64,000 nucleotides of DNA, taken from NCBI RefSeq assembly GCF_001677475.2, contig NZ_CP015229.1. One strand, written 5' to 3'. Positions 21,470 to 30,126 of this stretch are shown here, one piece after another; positions within the stretch are counted from its first letter, which is position 1; every line of letters starts with the position of its first letter. The position numbers and the translations under genes are program-made. Source of the stretch: Escherichia coli. GTDB taxonomy: Bacteria; Pseudomonadota; Gammaproteobacteria; Enterobacterales; Enterobacteriaceae. Below the pieces are notes generated by a model. That model was not told the DNA's origin and searched no databases. It worked only from the letters and a program-made list of their open reading frames with translations.

Positions 21470-21673
21470 TCAGTTAATCCCCGTTTGCACCGAAAGAATA
21501 TGCTGCAAACTTTCTACCATTATGCGCCCCGATTGAAATAAGCCTTCCTGGATTTCATTGTTAACATTCACAGCGTGAACCAGGGAGGCTAATAACACCA
21601 CTTGCAAGAAGGCAAAAATAAACGCACCGATAATCATAATATGCGTCAGGGGGATTTTCCTTTGCTCCTTCAT
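21470..21673 (-). CDS. Small hydrophobic membrane protein (67 aa), hypothetical
   Basis: One predicted TM helix (IMIIGAFIFAFLQVVLLASLV); start overlaps the upstream lipoprotein gene stop (ATGA); stop lies 3 nt from the convergent cueR stop. Confidence 0.45.
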   Translation of the reverse strand: MKEQRKIPLTHIMIIGAFIFAFLQVVLLASLVHAVNVNNEIQEGLFQSGRIMVESLQHILSVQTGIN

Positions 21674-22092
21674 TTTAAATAACCCACAAACTGACCTTCC
21701 TTCATTAAGGCGACTTTTCCCGTGTGGTGATAAACAATGACGTTATAAAGACCTGACTGATAAACAGTGGCATCTTTATTGTCTTCATCAATTGCACATA
21801 ATGAATCATTGAGATAAGCAAAGTTCTTACTGCTCATTCTAAAGGTCATGCCAAATCCTTTATAAATGGCTTTCTTTGCCGCCTGGGCATGTTGTGCGGC
21901 TTCTGCATTTTTAAATGCCTGCGCCTCGGATGCACTTAAAATAGCCGTCTGACGCTGTTGTTCTGCGAGATAACAGGTGTCATGGCTGACGCCCTGCGCC
22001 TGGCAATCTGCGATGCGGGAAGTGGGTGAACTACAGCCAGCCAGTAATATAACCGCCAGCAGGGAAAACGATTTAATGGAACTATTCATCAT
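21670..22092 (-). CDS. Putative lipoprotein (140 aa), hypothetical
   Basis: Signal peptide with lipobox LLAGC; co-directional with and downstream of the YadA-anchor gene. Confidence 0.6.
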   Translation of the reverse strand: MMNSSIKSFSLLAVILLAGCSSPTSRIADCQAQGVSHDTCYLAEQQRQTAILSASEAQAFKNAEAAQHAQAAKKAIYKGFGMTFRMSSKNFAYLNDSLCAIDEDNKDATVYQSGLYNVIVYHHTGKVALMKEGQFVGYLK

Positions 22093-22177
22093 TGTTAACC
22101 TTAAATAATGTACAAATTAATGAAGAGGTGAAACCCGGCAAGCTTCCTTGCTCTTATTTATATTGAGGATTGGAATA

Positions 22178-23194
22178 TTAGAAAGAATATCCCACGCCGA
22201 CACCCGCGCCGAAATCAGATTGCGTATCCGCAGAGACACCGGCTTTAATCACGGTATGCGTTCCGGCATTAAAAGATGTTCCTACAGACACCGCAGATTC
22301 ACCGTTGAACGTTCCCGCTCCCGCTGACACCATCATCAAGTCACCGGTTTTCACCTGTGGTTGTGAGGCGATAGCGATGGCAGATGCAGTTCCCGCATTG
22401 GCTTCTTTACGATTGTCCTCAACTTCGTTTTTCAGAGAATCGAAATGGTTATTGAGCGTGTTAATTTGTTGGCTGTTATCTGCGACCCGTTTTTGCGTGT
22501 TGGTTAACTGTTGCTGCGTTTGTGCGGAATCTTGTCTCAGACTTTCAATTTGCTCATGTGCCTGGACAGACTTCTGCGCCAGACTTTGCATTTGTTTATC
22601 GTATTGAGCCCTTTCTTTTTGCTGTTGTGCTGCCACATCGGTTGTCAGTGCATTCATTTTCTGCCCTTGTTCCGTGGTAGTGCGCTGAATAGCCTCATTT
22701 TGAGCCGCCAGTCTGGCATTAATCATCTCCTGATAATGCGCAGTATTTTGCGTATCTCCAGTCGCGGCGAGCGTTTTTTGTGTGGCTACGATCTGCGCCT
22801 GTTGCTCTGTAATTTGCGTTTGCTGGGCATCAGTTACCGCAGACTGTCGGGCGTTGATCATGCTCTGATAACGGGCTGGTGTCTGTGCATCACCTGTAGC
22901 GGCAACGGTTTTTTGTCCTGCGTCAGGATCTGTCTGGACAGTGGGAGTCTGAGTGGTATCAGGTGTTTCAGAAGGGATGTAGTGATGTTCAGTCAAATAG
23001 GTATACGCAGCGGGGCTGTTGTCTGTGCGTTCTAAAAAGCGGGTAATCTTCTGCTCAATCTCCGATTGCGACATGCCAGAGTTAATGGCTGAAAGCTCTG
23101 TTGCCGCCGCTTCAATGGTATCACCAGCTAAAACAACAGGGCTGGATGTTGCTGAAATTATGAGTGCCAGTAAAGCTACGTTTACAGTTTTCAT
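22178..23194 (-). CDS. Short trimeric-autotransporter-like protein with YadA-type C-terminal membrane anchor and Q-rich coiled-coil stalk, no recognisable head domain
   Basis: 338 aa; N-terminal signal peptide; last ~75 aa (AGTASAIAIASQPQVKTGDLMMVSAGAGTFNGESAVSVGTSFNAGTHTVIKAGVSADTQSDFGAGVGVGYSF) fit the YadA anchor pattern (G/A-rich entry helix, four beta strands, terminal aromatic); internal ~45-aa duplication in the stalk. Confidence 0.7.
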   Translation of the reverse strand: MKTVNVALLALIISATSSPVVLAGDTIEAAATELSAINSGMSQSEIEQKITRFLERTDNSPAAYTYLTEHHYIPSETPDTTQTPTVQTDPDAGQKTVAATGDAQTPARYQSMINARQSAVTDAQQTQITEQQAQIVATQKTLAATGDTQNTAHYQEMINARLAAQNEAIQRTTTEQGQKMNALTTDVAAQQQKERAQYDKQMQSLAQKSVQAHEQIESLRQDSAQTQQQLTNTQKRVADNSQQINTLNNHFDSLKNEVEDNRKEANAGTASAIAIASQPQVKTGDLMMVSAGAGTFNGESAVSVGTSFNAGTHTVIKAGVSADTQSDFGAGVGVGYSF

Positions 23195-23357
23195 TCATTT
23201 TCTCTTGTTCAAAATAAGTCGCACTAATGTTTCTATAAGAAACAAATAATATTATTTTAAGAAATAAACTACGTTGCAATTTAATCGAAATTTACGCCGC
23301 CATTTGTGTGATGTAAAGCGCATTTTTGTCTGGTGTAAGCGTAAACACCATCAATAA

Positions 23358-23382
23358 GAAACAAAAATGGTTTCTTATATAA
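23358..23382. promoter_or_regulatory. Perfect inverted repeat ATAAGAAAC-N7-GTTTCTTAT in the divergent promoter region; candidate operator
   Basis: Read directly from sequence; a partial copy TAAGAAACAAA occurs near 23236. Confidence 0.35.
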
Positions 23383-23560
23383 ATAAAAAAGGAAATCATT
23401 TCGTGCTCTTTCAATGTAAAAAAGAGTAAAGGCTTGTTTTGATAAGCGAAATAAATTCTGTTTCTGGACTAAACGTGAACCGGTTCCTGATGTGTGTTAA
23501 AATGCGTTTCTTTGATAAATCTCAATTTTTAAGAGGTTTACGCCAGGCAGGAAAATTTAA

Positions 23561-23923
23561 ATGAATGAATTTGAGAAGATTTTTAATGAAATGAATCTGG
23601 ACCGGGCATTGCTACCGATCCTTTTTCGTTCGAACCGGTCAACAGTGTGGAAATATTTAAGTGGCGATAGTACGGCTCCTGCCTCAGCTATGTCACTGAT
23701 TATGCTGTTGCAGTTAATCCAGAAACGAAACCCCGATCTGTTAGCCGAATGGTTAACGCTTTCTGATTTCACCATTCCGCCAGAAGTTTACCTGGACCAG
23801 CCTGATTACTGGAAAGGGTGGGTGTATACGCAACACAAGGTCAATAAAAACGTCCTGGAATATCTAAAAAAACATTATCCGGATGAAGACCAAAAAAACA
23901 TGAATAAAGGTAGTGACGAGTAA
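23561..23923 (+). CDS. Hypothetical protein (120 aa), possible small DNA-binding regulator
   Basis: ORF divergent from the YadA-anchor gene across a 366-bp AT-rich spacer; no confident family assignment from sequence alone. Confidence 0.4.
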   Translation: MNEFEKIFNEMNLDRALLPILFRSNRSTVWKYLSGDSTAPASAMSLIMLLQLIQKRNPDLLAEWLTLSDFTIPPEVYLDQPDYWKGWVYTQHKVNKNVLEYLKKHYPDEDQKNMNKGSDE

Positions 23924-23949
23924 TTTGCCAATGCCAGTTAATATAGCGG

Positions 23950-24107
<158 letters not shown>

Positions 24108-24115
<8 letters not shown>

Positions 24116-24566
24116 TGACCGCACGGATGATCAGCGTTATCCCTTCTATCGCAATTACTTCAACATGCGTACCTGCGCCGAGATCCTCGCTGGCGCTGAC
24201 AGGCCATGAACTGTCGCCGACGCGCATATGACCGCGCCCGTTGACCAGTGGAGATTCCAGCACAAAACGTCGGCCAATCAGCTGCTGCCCGCGCTGGTTT
24301 AAATGACTATCGCTGTGCTTTTGTTCGCGCACCCGCCGCGACAACCATTTCCACCACAGCCAGGCGGCGAGCAGCGTCAGGATGGCAAACATCACCCCTT
24401 GCCACTCCCAACCCAGCGGCACCAGCCAGACCACCAGGCCGGTAATCACCGCTGCCACGCCGCTCCAGAACAAATAACCATTTCCGCCCAACATCTCGGC
24501 TGCCAGCAGCAACCCGCCGAGACTGAGCCAGAAAATATGTGGATGAACGACCATTAACTCCATCAT
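24108..24566 (-). CDS. ybbJ: NfeD-family inner membrane protein
   Basis: 152 aa, hydrophobic N-terminal half; 4-bp overlap with the upstream SPFH-domain gene; conserved K-12 synteny. Confidence 0.85.
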
Positions 24567-25480
24567 GGCTGAGTCCGTTTGTTGGCGCTGTCTTTCACCA
24601 GCTCGGCAATCCCGGCAATCGACCCCATCAGGCTGCTGGCCTCTAATGGCATCATCACTACTTTGCTGTTACTGGAGGAACCGATCTGCTGTAACGCTTC
24701 GGTGTATTTCTGCGCTACGAAGTAGTTCACCGCCTGAATATCGCCGGAGGCAATGGCTTCAGACACCATTTTGGTGGCGCGGGCTTCTGCTTCAGCGGAA
24801 CGTTCACGCGCTTCAGCCTGTAAAAACGCCGACTGACGTTCACCTTCCGCTTTCAGGATTTGCGATTGTTTTTCACCTTCGGCTTTGAGGATTTCCGCCT
24901 GACGGATCCCTTCCGCTTCAAGGATGTAAGCGCGTTTGGTACGTTCCGCTTTCATCTGCGCGTTCATTGAAGAGATAAGCTCTGCCGGTGGGCGCACGTC
25001 GCGAATTTCAATACGGGTGACTTTAATCCCCCACGGGTTGGTGGCCTCATCGACAATACGCAGCAGGCGTGAGTTGATGCTGTCGCGCTGAGAGAGCATT
25101 TCATCAAGTTCCATTGAACCCAACACGGTACGGATGTTAGTCATGGTCAGGTTGATGATCGCCAGCTCCAGATTGCTGACTTCATAAGCGGCGCGCGGGG
25201 CATCAATCACCTGAATAAAGCACACGGCGTCGATGGTAACGTTGGCGTTATCTTTCGAGATAACTTCCTGGGAAGGGATGTCGAGAACTTGCTCCATCAT
25301 ATTGATCTTGCGACCAATGCGATCCATAAAGGGCACCACCAGGCTTAGACCTGGCTGTAACGTTTTGGTATAGCGACCAAAACGTTCTACTGTCCACTGA
25401 TAGCCCTGCGGCACGATTTTGACGCCCGCGCCAACAATGACCAGCGCGACAAAAATGAGAATCGGGATAAAGATAAGCAT
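24563..25480 (-). CDS. qmcA: SPFH/stomatin-family membrane protease QmcA
   Basis: 305 aa; N-terminal TM segment, SPFH domain, Lys/Glu/Ala-rich C-terminal coiled coil. Confidence 0.9.
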   Translation of the reverse strand: MLIFIPILIFVALVIVGAGVKIVPQGYQWTVERFGRYTKTLQPGLSLVVPFMDRIGRKINMMEQVLDIPSQEVISKDNANVTIDAVCFIQVIDAPRAAYEVSNLELAIINLTMTNIRTVLGSMELDEMLSQRDSINSRLLRIVDEATNPWGIKVTRIEIRDVRPPAELISSMNAQMKAERTKRAYILEAEGIRQAEILKAEGEKQSQILKAEGERQSAFLQAEARERSAEAEARATKMVSEAIASGDIQAVNYFVAQKYTEALQQIGSSSNSKVVMMPLEASSLMGSIAGIAELVKDSANKRTQP

Positions 25481-25625
25481 CGGAAAAACCTCCTGTTGTA
25501 CCGTCCATAATCAGCAAAATTGCTGCTTGATTAAACAAATTATACCTGATTACTGAAAGAGAGTTCCCCCTTATTCCTGCGAAGGATAAACTGTTTTTAG
25601 TAAAAATCAGAAAAAGGGAACAGCG

Positions 25626-26303
25626 ATGCAGGAAAATAGTCCTTTGCTTCAGCTACAAAACGTAGGATATCTGGTGGGTGATGCGAAGATTCTTAATAAC
25701 ATCAATTTTTCGCTGCGTGCTGGCGAATTTAAGTTAATTACCGGTCCTTCTGGTTGTGGCAAAAGTACGCTGCTAAAAATAGTTGCTTCATTGATCAGCC
25801 CAACCAGCGGAACGTTACTGTTTGAAGGTGAGGATGTCAGCACACTAAAGCCAGAAATCTACCGCCAGCAAGTCTCTTATTGCGCCCAGACGCCGACGCT
25901 GTTTGGCGATACGGTATACGATAATCTGATCTTTCCCTGGCAGATCCGTAACCAGCAGCCTGACCCGGCCATTTTTCTCGATTTTCTCGAACGCTTCGCT
26001 TTGCCGGACAGCATTTTGACGAAGAATATCGCCGAGCTATCTGGTGGTGAAAAACAACGCATCTCATTGATTCGTAACCTGCAATTTATGCCGAAGGTTT
26101 TATTGCTGGATGAAATCACCAGTGCGCTGGATGAAAGTAATAAACATAACGTTAATGAGATGATCCACCGGTATGTGCGCGAGCAAAATATTGCCGTGCT
26201 GTGGGTGACACACGATAAAGACGAAATTAATCATGCGGATAAGGTGATTACACTGCAACCGCATGCCGGAGAAATGCAGGAAGCACGCTATGAACTCGCA
26301 TAA
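25626..26303 (+). CDS. fetA: Iron export ABC transporter ATP-binding protein FetA (YbbL)
   Basis: 225 aa; Walker A GPSGCGKST, signature LSGGEKQR, Walker B LLLDEITSALD. Confidence 0.9.
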   Translation: MQENSPLLQLQNVGYLVGDAKILNNINFSLRAGEFKLITGPSGCGKSTLLKIVASLISPTSGTLLFEGEDVSTLKPEIYRQQVSYCAQTPTLFGDTVYDNLIFPWQIRNQQPDPAIFLDFLERFALPDSILTKNIAELSGGEKQRISLIRNLQFMPKVLLLDEITSALDESNKHNVNEMIHRYVREQNIAVLWVTHDKDEINHADKVITLQPHAGEMQEARYELA

Positions 26304-27069
26304 TATTACTAACGAATCATTGGCACTGGCATTAATGCTAGTGGTGGTGGCAATCTTAATTAGCCATAAAGAAAAACTGGCGCTGGAGAAAGATATTCTC
26401 TGGAGCGTCGGGCGCGCGATAATTCAGCTGATTATTGTCGGCTATGTGCTGAAGTATATTTTCAGCGTGGATGATGCCAGCCTGACATTATTGATGGTGT
26501 TATTTATCTGCTTTAATGCGGCGTGGAACGCGCAAAAACGCAGTAAATATATTGCTAAAGCTTTTATCTCATCGTTTATTGCCATTACGGTCGGGGCGGG
26601 AATTACCCTTGCGGTGCTGATTCTCTCAGGGTCGATTGAATTTATCCCGATGCAGGTGATCCCTATCGCCGGGATGATAGCCGGTAACGCCATGGTAGCG
26701 GTGGGGTTGTGTTACAACAATTTAGGGCAACGGGTCATTAGCGAACAGCAACAGATTCAGGAGAAACTGAGTCTTGGCGCGACGCCGAAGCAGGCTTCAG
26801 CGATATTGATTCGCGACAGTATTCGCGCGGCTTTAATTCCGACGGTCGATTCAGCAAAAACGGTTGGCTTAGTGAGTTTACCAGGAATGATGTCCGGGCT
26901 GATATTTGCCGGGATTGATCCGGTGAAGGCGATTAAATATCAGATTATGGTGACCTTTATGCTGCTCTCAACCGCCAGCTTGTCGACCATTATTGCCTGC
27001 TATTTAACCTATCGTAAGTTTTATAATTCGCGCCACCAGTTGGTGGTGACGCAATTGAAGAAGAAATGA
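26290..27069 (+). CDS. fetB: Iron export ABC transporter permease FetB (YbbM)
   Basis: Polytopic membrane protein; start set at the internal ATG (MNSHNITNE...) giving 259 aa as in K-12; the track ORF begins 27 nt upstream. Confidence 0.85.
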   Translation: MNSHNITNESLALALMLVVVAILISHKEKLALEKDILWSVGRAIIQLIIVGYVLKYIFSVDDASLTLLMVLFICFNAAWNAQKRSKYIAKAFISSFIAITVGAGITLAVLILSGSIEFIPMQVIPIAGMIAGNAMVAVGLCYNNLGQRVISEQQQIQEKLSLGATPKQASAILIRDSIRAALIPTVDSAKTVGLVSLPGMMSGLIFAGIDPVKAIKYQIMVTFMLLSTASLSTIIACYLTYRKFYNSRHQLVVTQLKKK

Positions 27070-27105
27070 TGCGATGCCGGATGCGCAGCATCGCATCCGG
27101 CGTTG
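27070..27105. terminator. Hairpin between convergent fetB and ybbN (REP-like)
   Basis: Inverted repeat GCCGGATGCG...CGCATCCGGC directly after the fetB stop. Confidence 0.5.
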
Positions 27106-27131
27106 TGGTTCATGTGCCGATCAACGGAATA

Positions 27132-28028
<897 letters not shown>

Positions 28029-28046
28029 TTAAGCGCGCGCTTCAAC

Positions 28047-28856
28047 TCACCCCTGCAATATTTTGTCCATCACGCGCCCCGGCAGCAGGCGCTTGAGCAC
28101 CATTACTGCCCAGGTCACCAGCGTTACCGGATAGCGCATCTTCGGTTTCTCGCTAATAAAAGCATGGCGCACTTTGTCGACCACCGCTTCCGGCCCCAAC
28201 GTAAAGCGGGCGGCGATGCCGGGATTTTCGACTGGTTTATCGCTTTGCGTCTGGTTGACGTTGTCGGTAAAGCGAGTACGAATGGGCCCCGGCTCAATCA
28301 GGCTGACTTTAATTCCGCTGTGGCGCAGCTCCATGCGCAGCGCGTCTGACCACGCCTCCAGCGCATATTTACTGGCCGCGTAAGCGCCGCGACCCGGTGT
28401 GGAGATTAATCCCATCACCGATGAGGTCATCACAATACGCCCTTCACCGTGCGGCAACATAGCGGGTAACAGGCGCATGGTGAGCTGATGCGCGCCGAAA
28501 AAGTTGGCGGAAAACTGCTGTTCCATCTGCGCGCGGCTGATGGTGGAAAGGGGGCCATACATGCCGAATCCGGCATTGTTAAAGATCCCATACAGACAAT
28601 TATCGGTCAGGGCGATCACTTCGTCGGCAGCGCGATCAACACTTTCTGGCGAATCAAGATCGATCAACACACCGGTGAATCCCATGCTGTTCATGCGCTC
28701 AACATCATCCGGCTTCCGGCAACCTGCCAGCACATGAAAACCCTGGCGTTTTAATTCGAGCGCGCTTTCCAGGCCAATTCCACTGGAACATCCGGTAATT
28801 AAGACCGATTTTTGCATAACTTTACCTGTCAGGATCTCCGTTGCTTTATGAGTCAT
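28047..28856 (-). CDS. ybbO: Short-chain dehydrogenase/reductase YbbO
   Basis: 269 aa; Rossmann motif TGCSSGIG near the N-terminus, catalytic YAASK. Confidence 0.9.
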   Translation of the reverse strand: MTHKATEILTGKVMQKSVLITGCSSGIGLESALELKRQGFHVLAGCRKPDDVERMNSMGFTGVLIDLDSPESVDRAADEVIALTDNCLYGIFNNAGFGMYGPLSTISRAQMEQQFSANFFGAHQLTMRLLPAMLPHGEGRIVMTSSVMGLISTPGRGAYAASKYALEAWSDALRMELRHSGIKVSLIEPGPIRTRFTDNVNQTQSDKPVENPGIAARFTLGPEAVVDKVRHAFISEKPKMRYPVTLVTWAVMVLKRLLPGRVMDKILQG

Positions 28857-29472
28857 GATTTACTAAAGGCTGCAACTGCTTCGCCATCCAGTCGGCAATA
28901 AACGGCTGGGCGTCGCGGTTGGGATGAATACCGTCATCCTGCATCCATTGTGGCTTGAGGTAGACCTCTTCCATAAAAAAGGGCAGCAGCGGAACATCAA
29001 ACTCTTTGGCGAGTTTAGGGTAAATGGCGCTAAAGGCTTCATTATAACGGCGACCATAGTTTGCAGGCAGACGTATTTGCATTAACAATGGTTCAGCGTT
29101 GGCGGCTTTGACATCCTGCAAAATCTGGCGCAGCGTTTGCTCGGTTTGTTGTAGCTGAAAACCACGCAAACCGTCATTGCCGCCCAGTTCAACCAGCACC
29201 CAGCGCGGCTGATGCTGTTTCAGCAGAGCCGGAAGTCGCGCCAGCCCTTGTTGTGAGGTGTCGCCGCTGATGCTGGCATTGACTACCGACGTTTTACTCT
29301 GCCACTTATCATTCAACAAGGCAGGCCAGGCCGCGCTGGCAGACATTCGATACCCGGCGCTCAGGCTATCACCCAGAATCAATAACGTGTCCGCTGCGGC
29401 GGCACGGAAGGTTAACAGAACCAGGAACAGGAAGGGCAAATGCCAGCGGAAAACATTGTTGAAGTTCATCAT
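28846..29472 (-). CDS. tesA: Acyl-CoA thioesterase I / lysophospholipase L1 (SGNH hydrolase)
   Basis: Signal peptide then GDSLSAGY active-site motif; start at MMNFNNVF (208 aa); 5' end overlaps the divergent ybbA. Confidence 0.9.
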   Translation of the reverse strand: MMNFNNVFRWHLPFLFLVLLTFRAAAADTLLILGDSLSAGYRMSASAAWPALLNDKWQSKTSVVNASISGDTSQQGLARLPALLKQHQPRWVLVELGGNDGLRGFQLQQTEQTLRQILQDVKAANAEPLLMQIRLPANYGRRYNEAFSAIYPKLAKEFDVPLLPFFMEEVYLKPQWMQDDGIHPNRDAQPFIADWMAKQLQPLVNHDS

Positions 29473-30126
29473 CTTAAGAAGTCCGTCGGTCAGGGGGAGC
29501 ATGAACTCTCCATCCTCACCGGAGTTGAGCTGGTTGTCAAACGTGGCGAGACCATCGCGCTGGTGGGCGAGTCGGGATCGGGTAAGTCAACCTTGCTGGC
29601 GATCCTCGCCGGGCTGGATGACGGCAGCAGTGGCGAAGTGAGTCTGGTGGGACAACCGCTACATAACATGGACGAAGAAGCGCGGGCAAAGTTGCGCGCG
29701 AAGCACGTCGGCTTTGTTTTTCAGTCATTTATGTTAATTCCTACCCTTAACGCGCTGGAAAACGTCGAACTCCCGGCGCTGCTGCGCGGTGAGAGTAGCG
29801 TGGAAAGTCGTAACGGGGCAAAAGCGTTGCTCGAACAGTTAGGACTGGGTAAACGTCTGGATCATCTTCCGGCACAGCTTTCCGGCGGCGAACAGCAACG
29901 AGTGGCGCTGGCGCGAGCTTTTAATGGTCGGCCTGATGTGCTGTTTGCCGACGAACCCACCGGCAACCTTGACCGCCAGACGGGCGATAAAATTGCCGAC
30001 CTGCTGTTTTCCCTCAACCGTGAACATGGCACCACGTTGATTATGGTGACCCACGACCTGCAACTGGCGGCACGCTGCGACCGCTGCTTACGGCTGGTGA
30101 ACGGGCAATTGCAGGAGGAAGCATGA
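29440..30126 (+). CDS. ybbA: ABC transporter ATP-binding protein YbbA (LolD-like)
   Basis: 228 aa; Walker A GESGSGKST, signature LSGGEQQR, Walker B LFADEPTGNLD. Confidence 0.9.
   Translation: MPAENIVEVHHLKKSVGQGEHELSILTGVELVVKRGETIALVGESGSGKSTLLAILAGLDDGSSGEVSLVGQPLHNMDEEARAKLRAKHVGFVFQSFMLIPTLNALENVELPALLRGESSVESRNGAKALLEQLGLGKRLDHLPAQLSGGEQQRVALARAFNGRPDVLFADEPTGNLDRQTGDKIADLLFSLNREHGTTLIMVTHDLQLAARCDRCLRLVNGQLQEEA

Noticed and set aside
22305-23249. Plus-strand track ORFs (100, 174 and 76 aa) opposite the YadA-anchor gene
   Set aside because: They are antisense to a gene with strong independent support (signal peptide, anchor domain), are Cys/Leu/Arg-rich and of low complexity, and have no start context.
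24248-24888. Plus-strand track ORFs (65, 84 and 107 aa) overlapping ybbJ and qmcA
   Set aside because: Antisense to two well-supported conserved genes; no start context.
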